DNA of 49,613 bases from a virus (lineage: Duplodnaviria > Caudoviricetes). This document shows, one piece after another, positions 37,844-47,654 of the stretch (the stretch's first letter is position 1; each line of letters begins with the position of its first letter). Where the stretch lies: the IMG/VR virus record IMGVR_UViG_3300024989_000226, positions 1 through 49,613 of that record; one strand, 5' to 3'. The position numbers and the translations under genes are program-made. A model generated the notes under the pieces. The model saw only the letters and a list, made by a program, of their open reading frames with translations, was not told the DNA's origin and ran no database searches.

Positions 37844-38671
37844 ATGCACAACGAGATCTACCGACGCTTCGGTGAAGTCCGCGCCGCCGCAGATGCGGTT
37901 GGACAGCTGATGCCATACAACTGGATCGCTATGCCGGAGCGGCTTTATGCGGCGTGGATGCCGTATTCGATGATGCTTGACGACTTCGCCCGCGAACTGG
38001 CGAACTCCATCAACGCATTCACCCTTAACGTCCAGCGGCTGTCCGCGTGGGCAACCCTGATGACCTCGCTCGGCGAAGAGGAGAGGGCCGAGGCGCTGCA
38101 CGAGTTCATCGATCCCATCGCGACGCTATCTCTGCTGATGCCCTACGCTATCCGGTCGCGGCTGCTATTCGCGACGGCCCATCTATGCCATCAGGTCAAT
38201 CTGGTGAGGGAAACAGACTGGGCGGAAGCCTCGCTCCCCGTCGATGACAAGATCTGGATGGACAGTGCAGATCGGCAGGGCGCGCGGTGGCGGAATTACA
38301 ACCGACTGAAGACGCGCATCGAGGCCATTGGGGGTAAACGGCTAGCGCAGGCCACCACCAATTTCCGCAACACGTTCACGCACCGCTTCTCACCGCGCGT
38401 CGGGACAGGCATCACGAACTTCGCGACCAGGTGCTTTGACCCGGCCACCGGAAAGGCCTGCTACTCGTTCGGTGGGACCGAGCCGCTCGACTTGAAGGAG
38501 CTTACCGCGCTTCTCGTCGTCGAACTCGACCGGTGCTACGCTGCCTTCGCCGCGTTTCAGGTGCTTGTCGGTGATCAGGTCGCCTATGTCACCGAGAAGA
38601 ACTCTGAGATGCTAGCCACGATCGATCGCGACCCCGCCGCCGGTCCGGCTGTGGAGACCGGCTCGGCCTAG
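37844..38671 (+). CDS. Hypothetical helical protein with a HEPN-like RxxxxH motif
   Basis: FRNTFTHRF (38366-38383); accessory position in the tail operon. Confidence 0.65.
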   Translation: MHNEIYRRFGEVRAAADAVGQLMPYNWIAMPERLYAAWMPYSMMLDDFARELANSINAFTLNVQRLSAWATLMTSLGEEERAEALHEFIDPIATLSLLMPYAIRSRLLFATAHLCHQVNLVRETDWAEASLPVDDKIWMDSADRQGARWRNYNRLKTRIEAIGGKRLAQATTNFRNTFTHRFSPRVGTGITNFATRCFDPATGKACYSFGGTEPLDLKELTALLVVELDRCYAAFAAFQVLVGDQVAYVTEKNSEMLATIDRDPAAGPAVETGSA

Positions 38672-38693
38672 CCCCGTTGCCACAGCGCGCTGC

Positions 38694-38774
38694 CTGGCAG
38701 CTCGCGACCCAAGCCAGTCATCGGAGAATTACGCCGCGGATCACCAAAAGCAGCCATGCGCCAGATCCGACCGT
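38694..38774. repeat. Two 28-bp 11-6-11 sites between the island 2 genes
   Basis: CTGGCAGCTCG-cgaccc-AAGCCAGTCAT (38694-38721); AAAGCAGCCAT-gcgcca-GATCCGACCGT (38747-38774). Confidence 0.55.
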
Positions 38775-38983
38775 TAGCGGCTCTGAGCCCAGAGGGTCGT
38801 TCCGCAAGTATGCGCTGATTTCCAAGAACTGACGTTGCGTTGAACAGATTCGCCGGCTGTTGTAGCTTCCAGATTGTCGCTGCTAATTGGATAATGGTTC
38901 GTAATCGCTACAGCATCTGAGTCATGCACGCTGGTGACGTCAATGTGGGTCATTGCGGAGCGCGACGTAGGAGATCGCTTCCG

Positions 38984-40522
38984 ATGACCGAGCCACCACG
39001 CATCCTGACCGCCTCGTCGTCCGAGCACATGCTTGTCGAGCGAATCGCCGCTCAAGAACGGCAGATCGCCTATGACAGTCTTGCTCCGTATGAGCCGCGT
39101 TCCGCGACCTACGCGTGGTTCGATACGCTGCGGGCGATCGAAGAGTGCATCAACTTGATAAACGTGGATTGGGATGACGATGAATTTGAGAAGCGACTAT
39201 TCTCCCTGCCGCTCAGCTCGTGCGTCGGATTTAGTCCGAAATTTGACCTCGTGCGCCAGCGCTTCATCGCACAGTTCAGCGAGAATTTCGCCAATCGTTT
39301 TACCAATCTAGTAAGGTATGGCGCGGGTGCTGCGACAGCCTTCGGCGCGCATGGATTCTTTAAGATCGCTGCGGCTTTCAGCACTGTCGGATCGATGATT
39401 GACTATCTCCAATCGCGACGGCGCCATTTTATAGCTCTACTTCACATGATTCCGCAGGCGTGTTGCGGCGATAAGGTCGTTATCCCTTACGACGCGCTCC
39501 TTGTTTTCCTACCGATGATTGAGCTTACCGGCATTCAATTGAGAAGTGCACAAAACGCGCTGAACGTGAAACTGTCCCGTGCGAAGCTCGGTTTGCCGCA
39601 ACGGGATTCTGCCGAGCTTGCGATGCTTGATCCGCTTCATCTTGAGCCCGAACGGGCGCCGATCACCAGTATGACCGTAACCGGCGAGGCCCTCACTATG
39701 TGGGATGGCAGAGAAGCGCTAAGTCCAGATCGGCTCTTTTCCGCCGCGGAGCTCCGAAACGATGTGCTTTTAATCGAAAGCGCCTATGCCGAGTTCGATC
39801 TCAAGGAAACCGATTTTGCACCTGCTGCGGGACTAATCCGCCGACTGTCCATGACCTTCATCGATCGGGACTTCTGGGTTGTCGTCCCCCCTGATGACCT
39901 TGCGGCTCTCTTCGACGAATTTAAGGCATCTTCGGATCTGCGATCGGCATTTCTACACACGGGCCAGACTTATTTGGAATGTCTATCCACCTATGCTCCA
40001 TTCGTGGTTGTCGATGGCGTCTATAGGTCTACCGTCACGCTCTTGAGCCGCTTCATCTACTACTGGCGCGGTCGTAGCCTCGATCGCCGAAAGCGTTTCC
40101 AGATCCGCGCCGGATTCATATTTGAAAGAGCGGTCGCCAACGAGCTGGAGCGGCAGAAGTTCGTTGTGCAAAACGTCCGGCGTATTAATCGACGTGAGTT
40201 CGACGTCGTGACGGTGCGTAACGGGGTAATCTGGAATGTCCAATGCAAAAACAATTTTATGGATCTCGATCAACTCGAATCAGATGCCACGCGCTTCGCG
40301 AAATATAATTATAGGCTGGTGCGGGCCTATGAAGGCGCGCTGACGAAAGAGCGGAACCGCGAGTACCTGCTGAGGGAGAAGCTGTCGTTGAATGAGGTGC
40401 AGCACATGGTTGTGTCGCGCTTTCCGGTCGTTACTGACAATGCGAGGTTTGTGCCGTATAGCCGCATAACGGATTTCGCTAAAATTGCCGATGCTGTGAT
40501 GGCTCATAACGCGGCCTCTTAG
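38984..40522 (+). CDS. Hypothetical protein with a C-terminal PD-(D/E)XK (NERD-like) nuclease domain
   Basis: GFIFERAVANEL..REFDVV..NVQCKN; AGGAG RBS; lower GC. Confidence 0.75.
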   Translation: MTEPPRILTASSSEHMLVERIAAQERQIAYDSLAPYEPRSATYAWFDTLRAIEECINLINVDWDDDEFEKRLFSLPLSSCVGFSPKFDLVRQRFIAQFSENFANRFTNLVRYGAGAATAFGAHGFFKIAAAFSTVGSMIDYLQSRRRHFIALLHMIPQACCGDKVVIPYDALLVFLPMIELTGIQLRSAQNALNVKLSRAKLGLPQRDSAELAMLDPLHLEPERAPITSMTVTGEALTMWDGREALSPDRLFSAAELRNDVLLIESAYAEFDLKETDFAPAAGLIRRLSMTFIDRDFWVVVPPDDLAALFDEFKASSDLRSAFLHTGQTYLECLSTYAPFVVVDGVYRSTVTLLSRFIYYWRGRSLDRRKRFQIRAGFIFERAVANELERQKFVVQNVRRINRREFDVVTVRNGVIWNVQCKNNFMDLDQLESDATRFAKYNYRLVRAYEGALTKERNREYLLREKLSLNEVQHMVVSRFPVVTDNARFVPYSRITDFAKIADAVMAHNAAS

Positions 40523-40817
40523 AAGACCGCTAGTCGTGACTGTTCCCAAATCGACAGGCGCACCATTTTCACTGCCGGCGCCTACGCCGGGCGTGCCTGT
40601 GGTCTTCACACAGATCAGCCGCTCGCTTCGATCCGGACTTGCCGCGCAGCCTAAACAACCCTTCTGTTGGGCTGAAGAATTCGGAAACTTGAGGCATCTA
40701 CGTGACCTCGTAATGGATGCAATATCATTTCATTTTGACGAAAACGGGACGGCGCTTGCCGCCAATCTCGGCGGCTGCTCAATGTCGGATTTCTTGCCCA
40801 CTCGTACAGGGAACGGA

Positions 40818-40845
40818 TGGGCAGAAATCCACCCATAGCTGACCT
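40818..40845. repeat. 28-bp 11-6-11 site at the right border of island 2
   Basis: TGGGCAGAAAT-ccaccc-ATAGCTGACCT; the right arm is nearly identical to ATAGCTGCCGT at 37731-37741. Confidence 0.6.
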
Positions 40846-40911
40846 TTATCTCTCCGAGAGCCCTGCCTGCCCCCCCTCGCGGCAGCGCAGATCGACCCGG
40901 AACGCATCGAC

Positions 40912-41646
40912 ATGACCGGTCTCGTCTCCGCCCTGATCCGCGGCGACCTGCGCCGGATGATGGCCGACGAGGTGCAGAGCGCCGCCCGCGCGCTGCGTCG
41001 CGGTGTCACCCGCGCCAGCCAGCAGGTGCGGTCCGACCTCCGCGCCCAGACCCGCGCCACCGGCTTCAAGGACGGCGGCCGTGCCATCGCCAATTCCTGG
41101 CGCATGCAGGTCTATCCGGCCGCAGGCATCGAGACGCTGCACCCGGCCGGCGTGGTGTGGACCAAGGCGCCGGCGATCACCGAGGCCTTCGACCGCGGCG
41201 TGCCGATCACCGCCCGTCGTCACCGCTTCCTGGCCTTCCCCACCGGCTACAACGCCGCCGGCGGCCGGCGCAGTGCTGGCAGTCGCGGCGGGTTGCGCGT
41301 CACCCCGGCCCAGATGCTGGCCACCCGGGGCCAGGCCTTCGTGATCCGCAGCAAGTCCAACCCCTCGGTCTGGCTGTGGTGCCTGCGCGTCGCCGAGGGC
41401 CGTGGCCTGACCCGCCGCGGCCGCAACCGCATCCGGCTCTATGTCGGCAGCAGCACCGAGGTGCTGACCGGCCGCCACCGTGGCCGCAACCAGCGTGCCG
41501 GCGAACTGCTGCAACAGGGGTTCCTCCCGATGTTCTTCCTCCTGCGGCAGGTCACCCCCGGCAAGCGGCTCGACGTCGCCGCGGTGCGGCTGCGCGCCGG
41601 TGACATTCTCGCCCACGCTCTGGCCGCGGAGCTGGCCCGGCGATGA
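40912..41646 (+). CDS. DUF6441-like tail/neck protein
   Basis: Basic protein: ANSWRMQVYP..AFDRGVPI..PMFFLLRQV..KRLDV; coupled to the tape measure gene. Confidence 0.7.
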   Translation: MTGLVSALIRGDLRRMMADEVQSAARALRRGVTRASQQVRSDLRAQTRATGFKDGGRAIANSWRMQVYPAAGIETLHPAGVVWTKAPAITEAFDRGVPITARRHRFLAFPTGYNAAGGRRSAGSRGGLRVTPAQMLATRGQAFVIRSKSNPSVWLWCLRVAEGRGLTRRGRNRIRLYVGSSTEVLTGRHRGRNQRAGELLQQGFLPMFFLLRQVTPGKRLDVAAVRLRAGDILAHALAAELARR

Positions 41647-44574
41647 GTGGCACGTCCTCCCGCACCATCGCGATCCGCCTGACCACCGAGCAGGCGGACC
41701 GCGTCAAGCGGGACCTGCAGGCGATCGGCGACGAGGGCAGCAAGGCGCTCGGCCGTATCGAGACCGCCTCTGCGGCGGCGTCGCCCGCGTTGCAGACCCT
41801 GGCCAGCGTGTCCGACGGCGCGGTGCAGGCCTTCGGCCGCATGGGGGTCTCGCTCGGTGGGCTGGAGCGGGTGCTGACCTCCAGCCGCGGCGGCCTGTCC
41901 GGCGTCACCCTGGGCATTACCGCGCTCGCCGCCGCCGGCGCCACCGCCGGGGTGTCGATCGCCCGGGCCGGCGATGCGCTCACCGGCACTCTGGCCCGGC
42001 TGACCGCCGCCACCGGCTCGATGCAGACGGCGCAGTCGGTCTACCGCGAGTTGTTCGCCCTGTCGCAGCAGACCGGCGTTTCCGTCGCCGAGAGTGCCGA
42101 TGCCTTCGGCCGCTTCGCGGTGGCGGCGCATAATATCGGCGCCACCAACACCCAGGTGCTGGCCCTGGTGCGCACCCTGCAGCAGGCCGGCATCGTCTCT
42201 GGCGCCTCGACCGCGGAGACCCAGGCGGCGGTGGCGCAGCTGGGCCAGGCGCTGGCCTCCGGGGTGCTGCAGGGCGACGAGTTGCGCTCGCTGCTGGAGA
42301 ACATGCCGCAGCTGGCCAGCCGGCTGGCCGAGCAGCTCGGCGTCTCGGTCGGCCAGTTGCGCCAGATGGGGGCGGCCGGAGAGTTGACCGCTGACCGGGT
42401 GATGCCGGCGCTGATCAAGGCCGGCGAGACCATCAACAGCCAGTTCGCCGCCATGCCGCCGACCATGGGCCGGGCCTTCTCGGTGCTCGGCGAGTCCATG
42501 GCCAATTTTGCGGGGAACCTCGACCACGCGCTCGGGCTGTCGCAGGCGATCGCCAAGGCGGCGTTGGCCGCGGCCGGTGCGGTGCGCGGCGTCACCGCCG
42601 CCGTGCTGCCTTCCGACCAGCAGAGTGCCGACGCCGCGGTGAACGAGGCCAACCGGCGGCTGGCCGGGCTGCGCCAGCGCCAGCAGGCCGCTCAGGGGGA
42701 GATCGACGCCTATCTGGCCCAAGGCCTGACCCGCCAGCAGGCAACCGACCTGGCGCTACCCAACCTGCCGGGCGGCACCGACAAGCCGCTCTCGGCGCAG
42801 ATCACCGCCGCCGAGAAGCAGCTCACCGACGCGCTGACCCGCCAGCAGGACCTGCTGCGCCAGGCCCGCGAGGAGCAGCAGGCGGAGGCGGACGATGCCG
42901 CCGCGCGCCGGCTGGCCAGCGCCAAGGCCGCCTCGACCAAGGAGATCGCCGACTGGCAGGCCAAGAACGACAAGAAGCTGGCGATCGAGCAGACCTACCA
43001 GAAAGACCTGGCGCTGATCCGCAAGGCGGAGGGCAGCGGCGCCATCGATGACGCCGAGGCGCAGACGCTGATCGCCCAGGCCACCAGGAAGCACGCCGAC
43101 GCCCTGGCGGAGCTCAGCAAGGCCAGCACCGAGGCGGAGGACCGACGGCGCCGGGTGATCCAGACGCTGGAGGACGAACTGCGCGCGGCACGGGCGGCCA
43201 CCACCGGCACCCATGCCGGAGCCGCGGCCTCGCGCGAGATGGCGACCGCATTGGAGGTGGAGCGCAAGCTGCGCGAGGCCGGCATCCCGGCGGTGGAGAA
43301 GCGCACCGAGGCGGACAAGCAGGCGGCAGCGGCGATCGAGACGAACGTGCGGGCGCTGGCCCGGCTCAAATCGGCCAATGACGACGCCGCCAAGGCGCAG
43401 GCCGAGCAGAAGCGCCAGCAGGAGAAGCTGGACGCGCATGCAGCAGGCGACCCAGGTGCTGCAGGCGCTGGCCGGCTCGATTCCGCACGCCTCGATCGGC
43501 CTCGAGGTCGGCACCCGCGACGGCACCAAGCTGCGGTTTACCCAGGATGGCGCCGATACCAGGTCCAGAACCAGGGTCGGCGACATCGCCGGCATCGTGA
43601 CGATCTTCAAGAACGAGCTGGTCGGCGCCTTCACCGAGGCCAGCGGTGATGTGAAGAAGGTGCTCGACGCCGCACTCGGCAATTACGATCAGGCGGTGGC
43701 CGGGCTGAGCTTCCTGCAGGGCGACTACAAGACCCTGACCACGGTTGCCGACACCACCGACCAGTTCACCGCCCAGATGAAGGCGCTGACCGATACCTAC
43801 GACGCGGCGATCACCAAGGCGGAGCAATACGGTCTGGCCGAGCAGGCGCTGACCGACGCGCGCGACCAGCAGATCACCAAGCTGACCGCCGCGCGCGACG
43901 CCCAGGCACAGGGCATCACCGACACGCTGCATGCCCGGCTGCTGGCCGATAACGGCGACGTGCTGGGCGCCAGCCTGGCCGGCTTCGACCTGCAAGCCAA
44001 GCAGCAGGAGCAGCAGCTCAAGGACCAGATCGAGGCGCTCGGCCTGTCCGGCACCCGGTATGCCGCCGACCGCATCGTTGAGATCGAGCAGGCACTGGCC
44101 GCCGAGCGGCTCAAGATCGAACAGGACTATGCCGGCCAGAGCCGCAAGACGGCGCAGGGGCTGCTGACCCAGCTCGCCTTTGGCGGTGGCTCGGCCTTGG
44201 CGCCGGAGCAGCAATACTTCGCCGCCATCTCGGTGCTGAACAACGCCCGCCAGGACCTGGCCGCCGGTGGGGCGTTGGCGGACTTCACCGGCATCGCCCA
44301 GCAGGTGCTGCCGGTGGCGCGGGACTATCTCGGCACCTCGCAGCAATACGCCGCCCTGGTGGCCGACGTGGCCAGCCTGGTGTCGAGCCAGGGCGGCGAC
44401 CCGGCCGGGCTGGGCGCATTGCTGGCGGCCCAGGTGGACAGCACCGACAGCCTGGCCGCCACCTTCGCCAGCTACGGCGACAAGCAGGTCAACGTGCTGA
44501 ACGGCGTGCTGGCCGAGGTGCGGAGGCTGGCCTCCACCCTGGAAGCGATGATCGCCCGGCAGACCGCGGCCTGA
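41643..44574 (+). pseudogene. Tape measure protein split by a frame change near 43430 (ORFs 41643-43649 and 43438-44574)
   Basis: Tape-measure motif QLGQALASGVLQGDELRSLLENMP; helical sense ends at QQEKLD and resumes in the +1 frame at MQQATQV. Confidence 0.7.
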
Positions 44575-44764
44575 CCGCTGCGGCCCATCTGCGCACCGCC
44601 CCGCGGTGCGCGACAGAACCTCCGGCTCAGTGGTTGGTCACCCCACCGGCCGTCCCGACCATCTGCCTTTCCACCCATCCGAAGACAGCAAGCAAGAGGC
44701 AGCGCTCTCGCAGTGCAAGCGCACTGCTGCCGCTCACCTCGCCAAACCAAGGGGTTTGTCTGAT

Positions 44765-45928
44765 ATGCCCATCCTCCCCCTACGCGTGCAGCAATCCACC
44801 TCCACCGCCGGCACCGGCACCATTGCGCTCAACGCCGCCGCCGCGGGACGGCGCGGCTTCCAGGAGCAGTTCGGCACCGGTCGCTCCCGCATCGCCTATG
44901 TGATCAGCGGCGCCAGCTTCTTCGAGATCGGCTACGGCGACTTCGATGGCGGCTCGCCCGGCACGCTCAGCCGCGACAGCGTGATCGCCTCCAGCAACGC
45001 CGGTGCGCTGGTCAGCCTGCCCGCCGGCACCGCCGATGTGTTCCCCTTCCTCGATCCCGGCGAGCGCGGCCTGGTCAGCGGCACCGGCAGCATCACCCTG
45101 ACCCTGGCCGATCTCGGCAACGCGGTGACCTGGACCGGCACCGTGACCGCCAGCCTCTATCTCCCGGCGCTGGCCGGCGTGCCGCAGGGGCGCAGCATCA
45201 CCGTGCGCAACAGCGGCACCGCGGCGCTGACCATCGATGCCAATGCCTCCGAGACCATCAACGGCAGCGCCACCCTGGTGCTGGCGCCCACCCAGGCGGT
45301 GGAACTGCGCCGGGTCGGCAGCGCCTGGGCCGGGTTCTGGGAGGGCGGACGCATCGTTGGCGAGTTCGTGCTCGGCGCGTTCAGTACCCTGCCGCCGCGC
45401 TGCATCTGGCCCGCCGGACAGGCGATCTCGCGCAGCACCTACGCCGCTCTGTTCGCCGTCTACGGCACCGCCCACGGCGCCGGCGACGGCAGCACCACCT
45501 TCAACGTGCCGGACCTGCGGGGGCGGGCGGTATTCGGCCGCGACGACATGGGCGGCACTGCGGCGTCCCGCGTCACCGCCGCGGTAGCCGGCCTGGATGG
45601 CACCGTCCTGGGGGCCGCGGGCGGCGACCAGCGCGTGCCGACACACACCCACCCGGTCAGCGATCCGGGCCATGCGCACGGCATCACCGATCCGAGCCAT
45701 GCCCATAGTGTCGCGAACGCGGTGATCCGCGACTATACCGGCGACGGCTACGGCAGCGGTGGCTGGGGTCATCCGGCGACGATCAATACCAGCTATAATT
45801 TCACCGGGATCACGGTCAACAGCGCCAGCACCGGCATCAGCGTGGGCAACAACACCGGGGGTGGTGGCGGCGCCAACATGCCGCCGGCCTTCATCGGCAG
45901 CATCGTGATCTACACCGGCGTCGGCTGA
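44765..45928 (+). CDS. Tail fiber protein with a phage tail collar domain
   Basis: GQAISRSTYAALFAVYGT..GDGSTTFNVPDLRGRAVFG; HTH/HAH repeats; NMPP. Confidence 0.85.
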   Translation: MPILPLRVQQSTSTAGTGTIALNAAAAGRRGFQEQFGTGRSRIAYVISGASFFEIGYGDFDGGSPGTLSRDSVIASSNAGALVSLPAGTADVFPFLDPGERGLVSGTGSITLTLADLGNAVTWTGTVTASLYLPALAGVPQGRSITVRNSGTAALTIDANASETINGSATLVLAPTQAVELRRVGSAWAGFWEGGRIVGEFVLGAFSTLPPRCIWPAGQAISRSTYAALFAVYGTAHGAGDGSTTFNVPDLRGRAVFGRDDMGGTAASRVTAAVAGLDGTVLGAAGGDQRVPTHTHPVSDPGHAHGITDPSHAHSVANAVIRDYTGDGYGSGGWGHPATINTSYNFTGITVNSASTGISVGNNTGGGGGANMPPAFIGSIVIYTGVG

Positions 45929-46089
45929 TGGATCCCGCCTTCACCGCCCTGGCCAGCACCGCACCAGCCACGCTGCCGGACGGCTTGGTGCTGGCCATGC
46001 TGGCCAGCCGCCCCACCCGCGTCGCCGGACCGCAGCCGGCCGCCGCCGTGGTGCTGCTGGATATCGAGGTGAAGGGGCTGGCGACATGA
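45928..46089 (+). CDS. 53-aa protein absent from the ORF track
   Basis: TGATG overlap upstream and ATGA overlap downstream; MDPAFTALASTAPATLPDGLVLAML... Confidence 0.6.
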   Translation: MDPAFTALASTAPATLPDGLVLAMLASRPTRVAGPQPAAAVVLLDIEVKGLAT

Positions 46090-47651
46090 TCGGCTTTGCC
46101 ACCCCGGCCGGCAATGCCCCTGCCGTGCTGCCGGACGCCCTGGTCACCCCGCAGGGCATTGTCACCTTCCGGGCCGCCTCGACGGTCTATGCCTCCAACC
46201 CCACCGACGCGCCGGCCAACACGGTCTGGCCGGCCCGGCTGCTCGGCGATGTCGCCCTGTCGCAATCGGCGGTGGACGCGGTCGGCGTCGGCGGCCGGGT
46301 GGCGCTCGGCCTGGCCGATATCGATCTGTGGGACGGTGACGGCGCCCTGGCCAGCCTGGTGCGCTACGGCACCGCCGATGGTCGCCGGGTCACCGTGCGC
46401 GTCGCCACGGCAGCCAATGCCCGCGCGTCCGATGTCAGCTGCCCGCTCAGTGCCGCCGGCATCGCCTGGGCCGGCATCGTGCGGGCCGTGGACAGCACCG
46501 AGGGGCTGCAGGCGCGGCTGTCGGTGGTGGACATCTCCCAACGCCTCGCCACCCCGCTGCAGCCGAGCCGCTATCTCGGCACCGGCGGCATGGAAGGGCC
46601 GGCCACGCTGAAGGATGCGCCCCGGCCGGTGGCGCTGGGCCATCTCTACAACATCACCCCGGTGGCACTCGGCGCCATCGACCTGGGCGACGGCGCGCTG
46701 CTCACCTACCAGAGCCATTGGCGCGGCGTGGTGGCACATGACGCGGTGCGCATCCGGGGTGTGGCGCAGCTACCGGTCACCGCCACACCCGGTGTGGGTG
46801 AGTTCCGCGACTGGCCTGGGCTGGGCGTGTTCCAGTTGGGCAGCACGCCGGACGGGCCGGTCACAACGGATCTGCGCGGTGACAATCCCGGCGGCTACGT
46901 CTCCAGCCTGGCTGCGGTGCTGCGCCGGCTGGTGCAGTCGCTGGGGCCGGCCTATGCCGACGATGACATCCAGGCCGATGCCTTCGCCTTCGCCGAGACC
47001 GACCTGCCGGGCGAGATCGGCTGGTTCCACGGCCCACAGCAGACCACCGCCGCGGCCGCGGTGGAGGAGATGCTGGCCGCCGCCGGCGCGGTGCTGTGCG
47101 GCGGGCGGGGTGGAACCCTGCGGCTGTTCGACCCGCTGGCCGATGCCGAGCCGCAGTTCACCTTGGGCTACCAGCACATCATCGACTTGGCGCCGGTCGC
47201 CCTGCCGGCGGGGCTGCGCCCGCTGCCGCGCGCCATTGCCGTCACCTGGCGGCGCAACTGGGCGCCGACCGACAACCTCGCCGGAATCGTCGGCGATGCC
47301 GACCGCGCCCAGTTGCAGGCGGCGGCTTCCGGGCCGGCGCGGGCGATCAGCGCCAGCGTCACCGCGCGCGTGGCCCAGCAGCGCGAGTTGGCCTTCCCCG
47401 GCCTGTACTGGAACGAGGCGGACGCCCTGGCGCGGGCCGGCAAATGGCGCGACTGGATCGAGGCCGGGCCGCGGCTGTTCCAGGTCACCACCGACCGCTT
47501 CCTCGGCCAGATCGAGTGCGGCGACGTCTGCCGCCTGTTCTATCCCGCCTACGGCCTGGCCGCCGGCGCACGCTGCACCGTGATCGGCTGGGCCGAGCAA
47601 CTCGGGGCTCGCCGGCTCACCCTCACTTTGGCCACCCTGCCGGAGGTATGA
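46086..47651 (+). CDS. Tail tip/hub-like structural protein
   Basis: YLGTGGMEG..PRPVALGHLYNITPV; C-terminal IECGDVCRLFYPAYGL; position in the tail operon. Confidence 0.65.
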   Translation: MIGFATPAGNAPAVLPDALVTPQGIVTFRAASTVYASNPTDAPANTVWPARLLGDVALSQSAVDAVGVGGRVALGLADIDLWDGDGALASLVRYGTADGRRVTVRVATAANARASDVSCPLSAAGIAWAGIVRAVDSTEGLQARLSVVDISQRLATPLQPSRYLGTGGMEGPATLKDAPRPVALGHLYNITPVALGAIDLGDGALLTYQSHWRGVVAHDAVRIRGVAQLPVTATPGVGEFRDWPGLGVFQLGSTPDGPVTTDLRGDNPGGYVSSLAAVLRRLVQSLGPAYADDDIQADAFAFAETDLPGEIGWFHGPQQTTAAAAVEEMLAAAGAVLCGGRGGTLRLFDPLADAEPQFTLGYQHIIDLAPVALPAGLRPLPRAIAVTWRRNWAPTDNLAGIVGDADRAQLQAAASGPARAISASVTARVAQQRELAFPGLYWNEADALARAGKWRDWIEAGPRLFQVTTDRFLGQIECGDVCRLFYPAYGLAAGARCTVIGWAEQLGARRLTLTLATLPEV

Positions 47652-47654
47652 CCG

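Noticed and set aside
40536-40838. 100-aa ORF after the nuclease gene
   Set aside because: No RBS or recognisable motif, and it ends inside the 28-bp site; probably spurious or a relic.
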